From NCBI GenBank assembly GCA_030656145.1, contig JAUSOF010000093.1, positions 93,468-157,467 on the forward strand: a DNA stretch of 64,000 bases. Reading direction: 5' to 3'. The notes under the pieces are model-generated. The model did no database searches. It was not told the DNA's origin and saw nothing but the letters and a program-made list of their open reading frames with translations. Numbering within the stretch: the stretch's first letter is position 1; every line of letters begins with the position of its first letter. The stretch is from Pseudomonas sp. (GTDB lineage: Bacteria > Pseudomonadota > Gammaproteobacteria > Pseudomonadales > Pseudomonadaceae). Position numbers and translations under genes: made by a program. Positions 18,627-28,699 of this stretch are shown here, piece after piece.

Positions 18627-20261
18627 TTAGCGGGGGCCGATTTCCGCCAGCAGTCGCCTGGCGGCGGATTCGGCTGCGTCGTTGTAGGGTTGCAAGACAC
18701 TGGCCGCGCCAGCGTGTTGCAAGGCTTCGGCGTCGCCGGTACGAAATGCGCTGAGGGTGATCTGGCCCTTGAACGCCATGTTATGCAATGCCCGCAGCAG
18801 AATCGCGTTGACCTCGCGCTGGGGAATGGTGCTGATCAGCGCCCGTGCATGGGTCAAAGGTAAATGCGCCAGGAAGTCGACATCCTCGGCATCGCCATAG
18901 CAGACATTCAGGCCCTCGGCGCGCGCCAGTGCCAGCGTTTCGGGGTCGAAGTCTACGCCGAGTACGCGCACACCGCCTTGTTCCAGTTGCCCAGCCAACT
19001 GGCGGCCGTAGCGGCCCATGCCGTAGACGATGATGTCGGACGGCACGTCTTGCGCGGCGTTATCGTCGGCGTTTTCACGGTGCGGGATATGCCGCTCGAA
19101 TACTCCGAGCCAGGGTGATAGGCGGGCAAACAGTGGCTGCGCGTAGAGAATCATGTACGTCGATAGGGTGATGGTGATCAGGCCGACCAGCGTGGTCAGG
19201 CCCAGGGCGTCCTGGCCGATATGGCCGAGGCCGATGCCCATGGCGACGAAGATGATGGAGAACTCACTGATTTGCGCCACGGTCAGCCCGGCCATGAAGC
19301 CGGTACGTTTGCGATAACCCATCCAGCCCATGATCGCCATGACGATCAGCGGATTACCAATCAGCACAAAGGCCGACAGCAGCAAGGCGTTGCCGATTTG
19401 CCCATGGATGTAGGCGAAGTCCAGTTGCAGGCCCAGGTGCAGGAAGAAGAACAACAACAGAAAATCACGCAGGCTGGTCAGGCGGCTGGCCACGGCTTCG
19501 CGCAGCGGTGTCGACGCCAGGGAGAAGCCGGCGAGGAAGGCGCCGATTTCCTTGGATAGCCCTAGAGAGTCGGCGCCACCAGCGAGCAGGGTGCCCCAGG
19601 CAATCGCCATCAGCATCAGCAGTTCCGGCGAGCTGGCCATGATCGTCAGCAGGCGCGGCAGGGCAAAGCGCATCAGCAGGTACAGCACCACCAGACTGCC
19701 GAGCAGGCTGCCCAGCAGGGCCAGCGGGTGCAGGCCGCTCTGTTCGCCGTTGCCGGGCTGGTAAAGGTTGAGGCCGAGCATCGCCAGGACCACCGCGATG
19801 TCCTGGACGATCAGGAAGCCCATGGCGATGCGCCCGTGCAGGGAGTCGATCTCGCCTTTGTCGGAGAGCAGCTTGACGATGATGATGGTGCTGGAAAACG
19901 TCAATGCCACGGCGACGTACAGCGCCGTCAGCCACTCCAGCCCGAGCAGGTAGCACAGGCCGTAGCCGAAGACGATGGTGAAGGTCAGTTGGCCGAGCCC
20001 GGTGGCCAGTGCAACAGGCCCCAGGGTGCGCACCAGGCGCATGTCCAGCTTGAGGCCGACCACGAACAGCAGCACGGTGATACCGATCTCCGCGAGCAGT
20101 TCCAGCGGGGCGTTGTGGCTGCTCAGTCCAAGCACCGCCGGCCCGGCCACGATGCCGACCAGAATGTAGGCGATGATCAGTGGCTGGCGTAGCTTGACCG
20201 CGATGCCGCCGACTAGGGCGGAAAGCGCCAGGAGAATGGCGACTTCCTGAAACAGACTCAT
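18627..20261 (-). CDS. CPA2-family cation:proton antiporter with C-terminal TrkA-N domain (KefB/C-like)
   Basis: Multi-TM region with LLFVVGLKL and FSSTIIIVKLL, then IIVYGMGRYG Rossmann motif. Confidence 0.9.
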   Translation of the reverse strand: MSLFQEVAILLALSALVGGIAVKLRQPLIIAYILVGIVAGPAVLGLSSHNAPLELLAEIGITVLLFVVGLKLDMRLVRTLGPVALATGLGQLTFTIVFGYGLCYLLGLEWLTALYVAVALTFSSTIIIVKLLSDKGEIDSLHGRIAMGFLIVQDIAVVLAMLGLNLYQPGNGEQSGLHPLALLGSLLGSLVVLYLLMRFALPRLLTIMASSPELLMLMAIAWGTLLAGGADSLGLSKEIGAFLAGFSLASTPLREAVASRLTSLRDFLLLFFFLHLGLQLDFAYIHGQIGNALLLSAFVLIGNPLIVMAIMGWMGYRKRTGFMAGLTVAQISEFSIIFVAMGIGLGHIGQDALGLTTLVGLITITLSTYMILYAQPLFARLSPWLGVFERHIPHRENADDNAAQDVPSDIIVYGMGRYGRQLAGQLEQGGVRVLGVDFDPETLALARAEGLNVCYGDAEDVDFLAHLPLTHARALISTIPQREVNAILLRALHNMAFKGQITLSAFRTGDAEALQHAGAASVLQPYNDAAESAARRLLAEIGPR

Positions 20262-20397
20262 GGGCTTGGTTCCTAATATGATCGCGCCACTCTAAAGCAT
20301 TTGGGTATCTTTTCGCTTGCCAGGGATCAACCATATGGCTTGTGGATGACGGCCGATGCGGCCATGCTTTCACCAGCCCACCGTTCAAGGATTACCA

Positions 20398-22863
20398 ATG
20401 CCAGACTCCGTTGCAGCCCATTTGCGGCTGGCACCTGAAGCACTCACTCGTCCCTTTTCGCCCGAGCAGTTCAATTTCACCAGCACTGATGACCTGGAAC
20501 CTTTCCGCGGTGTGCTGGGCCAGGAGCGCGCGGTCGAAGCCTTGCAGTTCGGCGTGGCGATGCCGCGTCCCGGTTACAACGTGTTTGTCATGGGTGAGCC
20601 AGGTACTGGGCGTTTCTCGTTCGTCAAACGCTACCTCAAGGCCGAAGCCAAGCGTCTGGCGACCCCGGCGGATCACGTCTACGTCAATCATTTCGACGAG
20701 CCGCGCGAGCCACGTGCGCTGGAGTTACCCGCGGGCAGTGCCGGGGCGTTTATCGCCGACATCAATCTGCTGATCGACAACCTGCTGGCGACCTTTCCCG
20801 CGGTATTCGAACACCCGTCCTATCAACAGAAGAAAAGCGCTATCGATCGCGCCTTCAACAAGCGCTACGACCAGGCGCTCGATGTGATCGAGAAGCTGTC
20901 CCTGGAAAAGAACGTGGCGTTGTATCGCGACAGCAGCAACATCGCCTTTACCCCGATGCTTGAGGGTAAGGCGCTGGATGAGGCCGAGTTCGCTCAGTTG
21001 CCGGAAGCCGATCGCGAGCGCTTTCACCTCGATATTTCCACCCTGGAAGAGCAGCTCAACGAAGAGTTGGCCAGCCTGCCGCAGTGGAAGCGCGAGTCGA
21101 GCAACCAGTTGCGCCAGCTCAACGAAGAAACCATCACCGTGGCGCTGCAGCCGTTGCTGGCGCCGTTGTCGCAGAAATACGCGGAAAACGCCGGTGTCTG
21201 CGCCTACCTGCAGGCGATGCAGGTCAACCTGCTAAAGACCGTGGTTGATCAGTTGGTCGAAGTGGAGCGCATCGACGCCCAGACCCGCAAGCTGCTCGAA
21301 GAGCAGTACTGCCCCAGCCTGGTGGTCGGCCACCACGTTCAGGGCGGCGCCCCCGTGGTGTTCGAATCGCACCCGACCTATGACAACCTGTTCGGCCGCA
21401 TCGAATACAACGCCGACCAGGGCGCCCTTTACACCAGCTACCGCCAGCTGCGCCCCGGCGCCTTGCACCGGGCCAACGGCGGCTTCCTGATTCTCGAAGC
21501 AGAGAAGATGCTCGGCGAGCCATTTGTCTGGGATGCGCTCAAGCGGGCCCTGCATTCGCGCCAACTGAAGATGGAGTCGCCACTCGGCGACCTCGGCCGC
21601 ATCGCCACCGTGACCCTTAATCCGCAGGTCATTCCCTTGCAGGTCAAGGTCATCATTATTGGCGCGCGCCAGCTGTATTACGCGCTGCAGGATCATGATC
21701 CGGACTTTCAGGAAATGTTCCGCGTGCTGGTCGACTTCGACGAGGACATTCCCCTGGCCGACGATAGCCTGGAGCAGTTTGCCCAGCTGATGAAGACCCG
21801 CACCATGGAAGAAGGCATGGCGCCATTGACCGCCGCCGCGGTGGCGCGCCTGGCGACGTTCAGTGCGCGCCTGGCGGAGCACCAAGGGCGTCTGTCGGCA
21901 CGGATTGGCGACCTGTTTCAGTTGGTCAGCGAGGCTGATTTCATCCGCCAGCTGGCCAATGAAACCCTGACCGATGTCGGTCATATCGAGCGTGCGCTGA
22001 AGGCCAAGGCGACTCGCACCGGACGTGTGTCGGCGCGGATCATCGACGACATGCTGGCCGGGGTGATTCTTATCGACACCGCTGGCGCTGCAGTGGGCAA
22101 GTGCAATGGCTTGACCGTGCTCGAAGTCGGCGACTCGGCCTTCGGCGTGCCGGCGCGAATTTCCGCCACCGTCTATCCCGGCGGCAGCGGCATCGTCGAC
22201 ATTGAGCGCGAGGTCAACCTCGGTCAGCCGATCCACTCCAAGGGCGTGATGATTCTCACCGGCTACCTGGGTAGCCGTTACGCCCAGGAATTCCCCCTGG
22301 AGATTTCCGCGAGCATTGCCCTGGAGCAGTCCTACGGTTATGTCGACGGCGACAGTGCTTCGCTGGGCGAGGTCTGCACGCTGATCTCGGCCTTGTCGCG
22401 GCGTCCGCTCAAGCAATGCTTCGCCATCACCGGCTCGATCAACCAGTTTGGCGAGGTGCAGGCGGTCGGCGGTGCCAACGAGAAGATCGAAGGCTTCTTC
22501 CGTCTGTGCGAAGCCCGCGGCCTGACTGGCGAGCAGGGCGCAATCATTCCCCATTCCAATGTGGCGACCTTGATGCTCGATGAGCGGGTGTTGCAGGCGG
22601 TGCGGGCCGGGCAGTTCCATGTGTATGCGGTACGCCATGTCGACGAGGCGTTGAGCCTGCTGGTCGGCGAGGATGCCGGTACGCCAAATGCCGAGGGGCA
22701 GTTCCCGGCCGGCAGCGTCAATGCACGGGTGGTCGAGCGCTTGCGCGAGATCGCCGAAATCGGCATGACCGAGGATGACAAGGAGGTGGCGGTCGACGTG
22801 CCGGTGGCGCTGCCCAAGGAGAAAAAGCCGCGGGCGAAGAAGCCGGTGCCCGAGGGCTTGTGA
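20398..22863 (+). CDS. Lon-like (LonC/YcbZ-type) AAA protease
   Basis: GVLGQERAVEAL, degenerate Walker A GEPGTGRFS, catalytic Ser in VDGDSAS and Lys in GGANEK. Confidence 0.88.
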   Translation: MPDSVAAHLRLAPEALTRPFSPEQFNFTSTDDLEPFRGVLGQERAVEALQFGVAMPRPGYNVFVMGEPGTGRFSFVKRYLKAEAKRLATPADHVYVNHFDEPREPRALELPAGSAGAFIADINLLIDNLLATFPAVFEHPSYQQKKSAIDRAFNKRYDQALDVIEKLSLEKNVALYRDSSNIAFTPMLEGKALDEAEFAQLPEADRERFHLDISTLEEQLNEELASLPQWKRESSNQLRQLNEETITVALQPLLAPLSQKYAENAGVCAYLQAMQVNLLKTVVDQLVEVERIDAQTRKLLEEQYCPSLVVGHHVQGGAPVVFESHPTYDNLFGRIEYNADQGALYTSYRQLRPGALHRANGGFLILEAEKMLGEPFVWDALKRALHSRQLKMESPLGDLGRIATVTLNPQVIPLQVKVIIIGARQLYYALQDHDPDFQEMFRVLVDFDEDIPLADDSLEQFAQLMKTRTMEEGMAPLTAAAVARLATFSARLAEHQGRLSARIGDLFQLVSEADFIRQLANETLTDVGHIERALKAKATRTGRVSARIIDDMLAGVILIDTAGAAVGKCNGLTVLEVGDSAFGVPARISATVYPGGSGIVDIEREVNLGQPIHSKGVMILTGYLGSRYAQEFPLEISASIALEQSYGYVDGDSASLGEVCTLISALSRRPLKQCFAITGSINQFGEVQAVGGANEKIEGFFRLCEARGLTGEQGAIIPHSNVATLMLDERVLQAVRAGQFHVYAVRHVDEALSLLVGEDAGTPNAEGQFPAGSVNARVVERLREIAEIGMTEDDKEVAVDVPVALPKEKKPRAKKPVPEGL

Positions 22864-23023
22864 GAAATACTGCTGCAGCGCCGTCCGCCAGGCTGTCGAA
22901 GCAGGGGCGGGCGGCGCTGAGTTTTAGCGGGAGAGAGTGACCCGCAGTGCGGGAGGAACTCCAGCCGCAATTGGCCGTGAAGTTACTGCAAGCATCGCGG
23001 CTGCAGACCGGCGTCGAAGGATT

Positions 23024-23044
23024 TCATCCACACAGTTATCCACA
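23024..23044 (+). promoter_or_regulatory. Tandem DnaA boxes (one mismatch + perfect)
   Basis: TCATCCACA at 23024 and TTATCCACA at 23036. Confidence 0.6.
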
Positions 23045-23125
23045 GATTGTCGAGCTGACTGACGGCGCCCCTGAGCCGCTTGCGCGGGTGTAGGCTGAAG
23101 GCTGGATCACCTGAGGGTCGCTGGT

Positions 23126-23467
23126 ATGCCGCGCAGCCTCTGTCTCACCCGTCAATGCCTGGGCCTGATTACCCGTATCGAGTGTGTGGTACTGCCATTG
23201 GCTGGTGATAAGGGACTCTGGACATTGATCTGTGCCGCCGGCCTGTCTGGCGCTCAACCCTCCGCCATCAAGGCGCAAGGCCCATTCTGCGGGCCTGTGG
23301 TGGCTGAAGGAGTGCTCGCCGGGATTGCCGAGAGCTTGTTCGTCCAAGGTTACGACGAGTGCACCGAGTTACCGATCTGGCGCCTGCACATCCAGGCTGA
23401 GTTGCGTCGTTTGAATGGCGATCGCTACGCTCACAAGGGTTTCTTCGAATTCCAACCCGATAGATAA
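23126..23467 (+). CDS. Small conserved Pseudomonas hypothetical protein (PA4575-like)
   Basis: 113-aa ORF MPRSLCLTRQCLGLITRIEC in the expected syntenic slot between the Lon-like gene and the TIGR00645 gene. Confidence 0.7.
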   Translation: MPRSLCLTRQCLGLITRIECVVLPLAGDKGLWTLICAAGLSGAQPSAIKAQGPFCGPVVAEGVLAGIAESLFVQGYDECTELPIWRLHIQAELRRLNGDRYAHKGFFEFQPDR

Positions 23468-23553
23468 GCACGGCCTGGTCGTCTTTTGATCAGCCTGCGG
23501 CAAGGCTGATCGTCGCTGGGCCGAAGCCTTTAATCCAGAGGCTGCCCACAAGG

Positions 23554-23562
23554 TTATCCACA
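23554..23562 (+). promoter_or_regulatory. Perfect DnaA box
   Basis: TTATCCACA, preceded 12 bp earlier by degenerate CTGCCCACA. Confidence 0.55.
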
Positions 23563-23658
23563 ATTGTTGGGGGTAAGTGAAATGCGGCGTACACCTTTGT
23601 CCGCAGGGGAGCGCTGGGTATACTCGCCGCCAGCTTTATTGGCCACTTGTGAGACGCT

Positions 23659-24156
23659 ATGGAACGCTTTATCGAGAACACGATGTACGCCTCGCGCTGG
23701 TTGCTGGCGCCGATTTACTTCGGGCTGTCGCTTGGGGTGCTGGCGCTGTCGATCAAGTTCTTTCAAGAGGTCTACCACATCCTGCCGGATATCTTTGCCC
23801 TGAGCGAAGCGGATCTGATCCTGCGCCTGCTGGCGTTGATCGACATGGCCTTGGTCGGTGGCTTGTTGGTGATGGTGATGCTCTCGGGCTATGAGAACTT
23901 CGTGTCTCAGTTGAATATCAACGAGGGCACCGAAAAGCTCAGCTGGCTGGGCAAGATGGATTCCGGCTCGCTGAAGATGAAGGTGGCCGCCTCGATAGTG
24001 GCGATCTCCTCGATTCATCTGCTCAAGGTGTTTATGGACGCCAAAAATTACGAGATCGAATACCTCAAGTGGTATGTGATCATTCACCTGACGTTTGTTG
24101 GCTCGGCTTTCGCTATGGGCTACCTGGATAAGATGACCAAATACCAAACCGACTGA
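23659..24156 (+). CDS. TIGR00645/YqhA-family membrane protein
   Basis: [50 protein letters not shown]. Confidence 0.9.
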   Translation: MERFIENTMYASRWLLAPIYFGLSLGVLALSIKFFQEVYHILPDIFALSEADLILRLLALIDMALVGGLLVMVMLSGYENFVSQLNINEGTEKLSWLGKMDSGSLKMKVAASIVAISSIHLLKVFMDAKNYEIEYLKWYVIIHLTFVGSAFAMGYLDKMTKYQTD

Positions 24157-24248
24157 AACTCGCGCCTCCAGCCTCACCTGCGCTTGACCCGCCGCCCGGC
24201 CGTTGCAAAACGGACGGGCGGTTTGCTTTGCGCCTTGCGTTCCGTGGA

Positions 24249-24286
24249 TCTTGTACAAGAATTGTATTTGTATGATTTTTTGTATA
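24249..24286. promoter_or_regulatory. AT-rich candidate operator with a 12-bp palindrome and repeated TGTA(C/T)
   Basis: TCTTGTACAAGA (24249-24260); TGTA starts at 24252, 24263, 24269, 24281. Confidence 0.55.
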
Positions 24287-24311
24287 AGTTTATTCGCCTG
24301 AGGTGATTGCC

Positions 24312-24617
24312 ATGAATCTGCACGACCTGTCCCGCCATGCCCACGCCGGGCTCATTGACGAGCTCAACCTGATTTCCATTGAAGGAGGCATCTACGTGCT
24401 CGAAGCGCACATGGATGGCCGCGCGCATCCATTAAATGATAATGCCGGCAAGACGCTGCACTTGCGTTCGGTGGAGCATGCCCGCGACTACCTGCGCGAG
24501 TTGCCGCCGCTGCCCTTCCATCTGGTGCATGCCGTGGTCCATGACGAGATGTGCGGGATGCAGGACGGCACCCAGGACACGCTACGCGTGCCCATTTCGT
24601 TCGGCTCCGCATGGTAG
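24312..24617 (+). CDS. Small hypothetical protein (DUF6482-like)
   Basis: GAGG RBS; IDELNLISIEGGIYVLEA...LHLRSVEHAR...VHAVVHDEMCG. Confidence 0.75.
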   Translation: MNLHDLSRHAHAGLIDELNLISIEGGIYVLEAHMDGRAHPLNDNAGKTLHLRSVEHARDYLRELPPLPFHLVHAVVHDEMCGMQDGTQDTLRVPISFGSAW

Positions 24618-26164
24618 TCGCAGCGTCGACGGCAGTGCGCCGACTGGGTTTGCTGCTGGGCGATCAATTATCTTTCGATCTACCAAGTTTGCAGGCTCTC
24701 GACCCGCTCCAGGATGCCGTGCTAATGGCCGAGGTGGCAGCGGAAGCCGAGTATGTGCCGCATCATCCGCAGAAGATCGCGCTGATTTTCAGCGCCATGC
24801 GCCATTTTGCCGAAGCTCTGCGCGAGCGCGGCTGGCGTGTGCATTACGTCAAGCTGGACGACCCTGCCAACAGCGGTTCGTTGCCCGGCGAGTTGCAGCG
24901 TTGGGCGGCGCAGTTGCAGGCCGACGAGGTGCATCTTACCGAGTGCGGTGAGTGGCGGCTGGAAGATCAGTTAAGGCGTTGCGACCTGCCGATTACCTGG
25001 CATGCCGATAGCCGCTTTGTCTGCGCCCGTGACGAGTTTGCGCGCTGGGCCGAGGGGCGTAAGCAGCTGCGCATGGAATTCTTCTACCGCGAGATGCGCC
25101 GTAAAACGGGGCTGCTGCTCAATGGCGATGCCACTCCGGTGGGCGGCGCCTGGAACTTCGATGCAGAAAACCGCAAGGCGCTGCCCAAGCAGATCAAGGG
25201 GCCTATGACTGCACGTTTCCCGGCGGATGGCATCACCCGAGAGGTGTTGGCGTTGGTGGCGGTACGTTTCAGTCATCACTATGGCAGCCTGGAGTCTTTC
25301 GATTATCCGGTGACCCATGCTGAGGCCGAGGCGCTGTGGCAGCATTTTATCGATTTCGCTTTGCCGGCCTTTGGCGATTACCAAGATGCCATGGCAGTTG
25401 GTGAGCCCTTTCTGTTTCATGCGCGGATCAGCGCGGCGCTGAATATCGGCTTGCTCGATGTGCGGCGCTTGTGTGCCGATGTTGAGGCGGCTTACTGGCA
25501 GGGCCGTGTCCCGCTAAATGCTGCCGAGGGCTTTATTCGTCAGTTGATCGGCTGGCGCGAGTACGTGCGCGGCATCTACTGGTTGCACATGCCTGAGTAT
25601 GCCGAGCGCAATTCCTTCGGTAATACGCGGCCGTTGCCCGAGTTTTACTGGACCGGCAAAACCCGAATGAAGTGCATGAGCCAGGCCATTGGTCAGACAC
25701 TGGAGCATGCCTATGCTCACCATATCCAGCGGCTGATGGTCACCGGTAATTTCGCCTTGCTGGCCGGCATTCAGCCCACTCAGGTCTGTGACTGGTACCT
25801 GGCGGTCTATATGGATGCCTTCGACTGGGTCGAGCTGCCCAACACCCTGGGCATGGTTATGCATGCCGATGGCGGCTACCTAGGCTCCAAGCCCTATTGC
25901 GCCAGCGGTCAGTACATCAAACGCATGTCCAACTACTGCGGCGACTGCGCTTACAAGGTCACTGAAAGCGTCGGCGAGCGGGCTTGCCCGTTCAATGCGC
26001 TGTATTGGCACTTTTTGATGCGTCACCGCGAACAATTGTCGGGTAACCACCGCCTGGGCATGGTTTACCGCGGTCTGGACAAGATGAGCGAAGCCAAGCA
26101 GCAGGGCTTGTGGCAGCGTGGTGAGCAGTTGCTGGCCAAGCTCGATGCCGGTGAGGCGCTGTGA
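24611..26164 (+). CDS. FeS-cluster bacterial cryptochrome/photolyase (PhrB-like, CryPro class)
   Basis: [39 protein letters not shown], four Cys (MKC, NYCGDC, ACPFN). Start overlaps the upstream stop. Confidence 0.92.
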   Translation: MVVAASTAVRRLGLLLGDQLSFDLPSLQALDPLQDAVLMAEVAAEAEYVPHHPQKIALIFSAMRHFAEALRERGWRVHYVKLDDPANSGSLPGELQRWAAQLQADEVHLTECGEWRLEDQLRRCDLPITWHADSRFVCARDEFARWAEGRKQLRMEFFYREMRRKTGLLLNGDATPVGGAWNFDAENRKALPKQIKGPMTARFPADGITREVLALVAVRFSHHYGSLESFDYPVTHAEAEALWQHFIDFALPAFGDYQDAMAVGEPFLFHARISAALNIGLLDVRRLCADVEAAYWQGRVPLNAAEGFIRQLIGWREYVRGIYWLHMPEYAERNSFGNTRPLPEFYWTGKTRMKCMSQAIGQTLEHAYAHHIQRLMVTGNFALLAGIQPTQVCDWYLAVYMDAFDWVELPNTLGMVMHADGGYLGSKPYCASGQYIKRMSNYCGDCAYKVTESVGERACPFNALYWHFLMRHREQLSGNHRLGMVYRGLDKMSEAKQQGLWQRGEQLLAKLDAGEAL

Positions 26165-26307
26165 CCAAGGCCGAACTGCCAGTCAAGACGTGCGCGGTAT
26201 GCTCCAGGCCCTTCACCTGGCGCAAGAAGTGGGCGCGCTGCTGGGCTGAGGTGAAGTACTGCTCAGAGCGCTGTAGGCGCAATCGTTGCGCGACAGTGGG
26301 CGGTTAG
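26161..26307 (+). CDS. DUF2256-like small Cys protein (48 aa; below the ORF-track cutoff)
   Basis: Hand translation from the GTGA overlap: [48 protein letters not shown]. Confidence 0.85.
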   Translation: MTKAELPVKTCAVCSRPFTWRKKWARCWAEVKYCSERCRRNRCATVGG

Positions 26308-26368
26308 GGCGGGCCGGTGGTGTGTGCTAGGCTGACGGCCCTTTTTTCACATCCAGCGGAGCCTTTGC

Positions 26369-26986
26369 ATGTCCGAACTCAATTTTTCTACTGACGAAAC
26401 TCGCGTCAGCTATGGCATCGGTCGTCAACTTGGCGGTCAGCTGCGTGACAATCCGCCGCCGGGCGCCAGCCTGGAAGCGATCATCGCGGGTATCACAGAT
26501 GCATTCGGCGGCCTGCCGAGCCGCGTCAGCGAAGCCGAGCTGTCAGCCAGCTTCAAAGTGATCCGCGACATCATGCAAGCCGAAGCCGCTGCCAAGGCTG
26601 AAGCTGCTGCCGGTGCTGGCCTGGCTTTCCTCGCCGAAAACGCCAAGCGCGACGGCATCACCGTACTGGCTTCCGGTCTGCAGTACGAAGTGCTGACCGC
26701 AGGCGAAGGTGCCAAGCCGTCCAGTGAAGACAGCGTGCGTACCCACTACCATGGCACGTTGATCGACGGCACTGTGTTCGACAGCTCCTACGATCGCGGC
26801 CAGCCTGCCGAGTTTCCGGTTGGCGGCGTGATCGCCGGCTGGACCGAAGCCCTGCAGCTGATGAATGCCGGCAGCAAGTGGCGCCTGTATGTGCCGAGCG
26901 AGCTGGCGTATGGCGAACAAGGCGTTGGCAGCATCCCGCCGCACAGCGTGCTGGTGTTTGACGTAGAGCTGCTGGACGTTCTCTAA
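26369..26986 (+). CDS. fklB: FKBP-type peptidyl-prolyl isomerase
   Basis: VSYGIGRQLG, SGLQYEVL, VRTHYHGTLIDGTVFDSSYDRG, VIAGWTEALQLM. Confidence 0.95.
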   Translation: MSELNFSTDETRVSYGIGRQLGGQLRDNPPPGASLEAIIAGITDAFGGLPSRVSEAELSASFKVIRDIMQAEAAAKAEAAAGAGLAFLAENAKRDGITVLASGLQYEVLTAGEGAKPSSEDSVRTHYHGTLIDGTVFDSSYDRGQPAEFPVGGVIAGWTEALQLMNAGSKWRLYVPSELAYGEQGVGSIPPHSVLVFDVELLDVL

Positions 26987-26997
26987 GCAGCGTTCAC

Positions 26998-27067
26998 GGG
27001 TGGATGACGCTCTTTTCATCCACCCGAGCAGCTGGTGGTGGATGGGTGAAGCGTCATTCGCCCGACG
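26998..27067. repeat. REP doublet, GGTGGATGACGC family
   Basis: GGGTGGATGACGCTCTTTTCATCCACC and an inverted degenerate arm GGTGGATGGGTGAAGCGTCATTCGCCC. Confidence 0.65.
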
Positions 27068-27116
27068 CTTTGCCCCGTACCCCAGGTGCGGTCCGGGATT
27101 GCGTTGCGCGCTTGCT

Positions 27117-27344
27117 TCACGGCCGCAATGCCCGGGCGTAGCAATAGAGAAACAGATTGCGCACCAGTTCCTTGAGCACCTGCGGCTCGTTGGAATTCAG
27201 TTCACTCATGTCTAGATCGCCTTGATCGCGCAACTCATCCAGCGCCTGTTCTTCCAGTAGTGCGCAGACTTCGCCGGTGTTGCGATTGAGAATGCGCAGG
27301 TAAGGCTGCGGCCGGTCCAGCCAGGCATCGATCAAATAAGTCAT
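27117..27344 (-). CDS. Small conserved protein (PA4570-like)
   Basis: MTYLIDAWLDRPQPYLRILNRNTGEVCA...LVRNLFL, syntenic downstream of ispB. Confidence 0.8.
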   Translation of the reverse strand: MTYLIDAWLDRPQPYLRILNRNTGEVCALLEEQALDELRDQGDLDMSELNSNEPQVLKELVRNLFLYCYARALRP

Positions 27345-27368
27345 GGCTCATCTCCTTTCAAATGGTTA

Positions 27369-27387
27369 GATGAGAATAATTCCTATT
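27369..27387. promoter_or_regulatory. Fur box
   Basis: GATGAGAATAATTCCTATT, 12/19 to GATAATGATAATCATTATC, 25-43 bp upstream of the PA4570-like start. Confidence 0.65.
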
Positions 27388-27447
27388 GCGTATATAGCAA
27401 GTATTAATTTGTCGGCCCGGTGAGGGCGTGCGCGGTCTTTTGCTTGC

Positions 27448-27538
27448 GCAGGGTGTGTCGTGCGCACCAGCGATTCGTCGCCTGCATGGCTGTGTGCGTA
27501 CGCAGGCTGCACATCCTGGTGCGCACAGCGCACCCTAC
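27448..27538. repeat. REP doublet of the GTAGGGTGCG family
   Basis: GCAGGGTGTGTCGTGCGCACC ... GGTGCGCACAGCGCACCCTAC. Confidence 0.7.
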
Positions 27539-27607
27539 ACATTGCTCCCTGCGGGGCGGCGTTCTGCCAGCCCCCCCCATGTGGCATTCAAAAGATCTAT
27601 AGGCAAT

Positions 27608-27636
27608 AAAAAGCCCGTCACGTAGACGGGCTTTTT
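27608..27636. terminator. ispB terminator
   Basis: AAAAAGCCCGTC-ACGTA-GACGGGCTTTTT. Confidence 0.85.
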
Positions 27637-27651
27637 CGCTGCCTGAGGCCC

Positions 27652-28620
27652 TCAGTGGGTGCGGGCGACGGCGAAACGGCTCAATTCGACCAGGGCGTCG
27701 CGGTATTCGCTGGCGGGCAGGACGTCGAGGCAGGCGATGGCGCGTTCGGCGTAGTCACGGGCTTGCTGGGCGGTATAGTCCAGGGCGCCTGCGGCTTCGA
27801 CGGCGTTGCGGATGCTCTCGAGGTCCTCGATGCCGCCTTTCTGGATCGCCTGACGCACCAGGGCGGCCTGTTCGGGCGTGCCTTCGCGCATGGTGTAGAT
27901 CAGCGGCAGGGTCGGTTTGCCCTCGGCCAGGTCGTCGCCGACATTCTTGCCCAGGGTCGTGGCGTCGCCACGGTAGTCGAGCAGGTCGTCGACCAGCTGG
28001 AAGGCCACGCCGAGGTTGTCGCCAAAGGTGCGCAAGGCTTCGGTTTGCTCGGCCGAGGCGCCAGCCAGGGCTGCCGCGCTGTGGGTCGAGGCCTCGAACA
28101 GCATCGCGGTCTTGCCGCGAATGACTTCCATGTAGGTTTCTTCTGTGGTGCTGGCGTCGCGAATCTTCGACAGTTGCAGCACTTCGCCTTCGGCGATGAT
28201 CCGCGTGGCGCGAGAGAGGATCTTCATCACCGGCATCGAACCCAGTTCGACCATCATCTCGAAGGAGCGCGAATAGAGGAAGTCGCCAACCAGCACGCTA
28301 GGCGCGTTGCCCCATTGGGCGTTGGCCGTGCTGCGGCCGCGGCGCATGTCAGACATGTCGACCACGTCGTCGTGCAGCAAGGTGGCGGTATGCAGGAACT
28401 CGATGGTGGCGGCGAGCAGGCGCAAGTTGTCGTCCTGCAGGCCCAGGGCCTTGCCGCTGAGCAGTACCAGCAGCGGCCGCAGGCGTTTGCCGCCAGCGGA
28501 GATAATGTAGTCGCCGATCTTACCCACCAGCGGTACACGCGAGACGAGCTGTTGTCGGATGATGCCATCGACAGCGGTAAAGTCATCCGCTACCACTTGG
28601 TAGAAAGCCTGGGGTTGCAT
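27652..28620 (-). CDS. ispB: Octaprenyl diphosphate synthase
   Basis: GGKRLRP, LLHDDVVD, FQLVDDLLDY, GKPTLPLI. Confidence 0.95.
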   Translation of the reverse strand: MQPQAFYQVVADDFTAVDGIIRQQLVSRVPLVGKIGDYIISAGGKRLRPLLVLLSGKALGLQDDNLRLLAATIEFLHTATLLHDDVVDMSDMRRGRSTANAQWGNAPSVLVGDFLYSRSFEMMVELGSMPVMKILSRATRIIAEGEVLQLSKIRDASTTEETYMEVIRGKTAMLFEASTHSAAALAGASAEQTEALRTFGDNLGVAFQLVDDLLDYRGDATTLGKNVGDDLAEGKPTLPLIYTMREGTPEQAALVRQAIQKGGIEDLESIRNAVEAAGALDYTAQQARDYAERAIACLDVLPASEYRDALVELSRFAVARTH

Positions 28621-28699
28621 CAGCGGCACGTGCTCCTCAAAGGTTGCGCGGCATGCTATGGGGCAAGGGGGGGGCTGTCAAGGTGAGTGGTTGTAGGCC

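Noticed and set aside
20317-20330. Anr/FNR box TTGCC-N4-ATCAA (and a weaker one near 18097)
   Set aside because: Two to three mismatches; not distinguishable from chance without expression data
20398-22863. Lon-like gene as a pseudogene because Walker A reads GTGRFS
   Set aside because: A degenerate Walker A is normal for the LonC/YcbZ group; the frame and Ser-Lys dyad are intact
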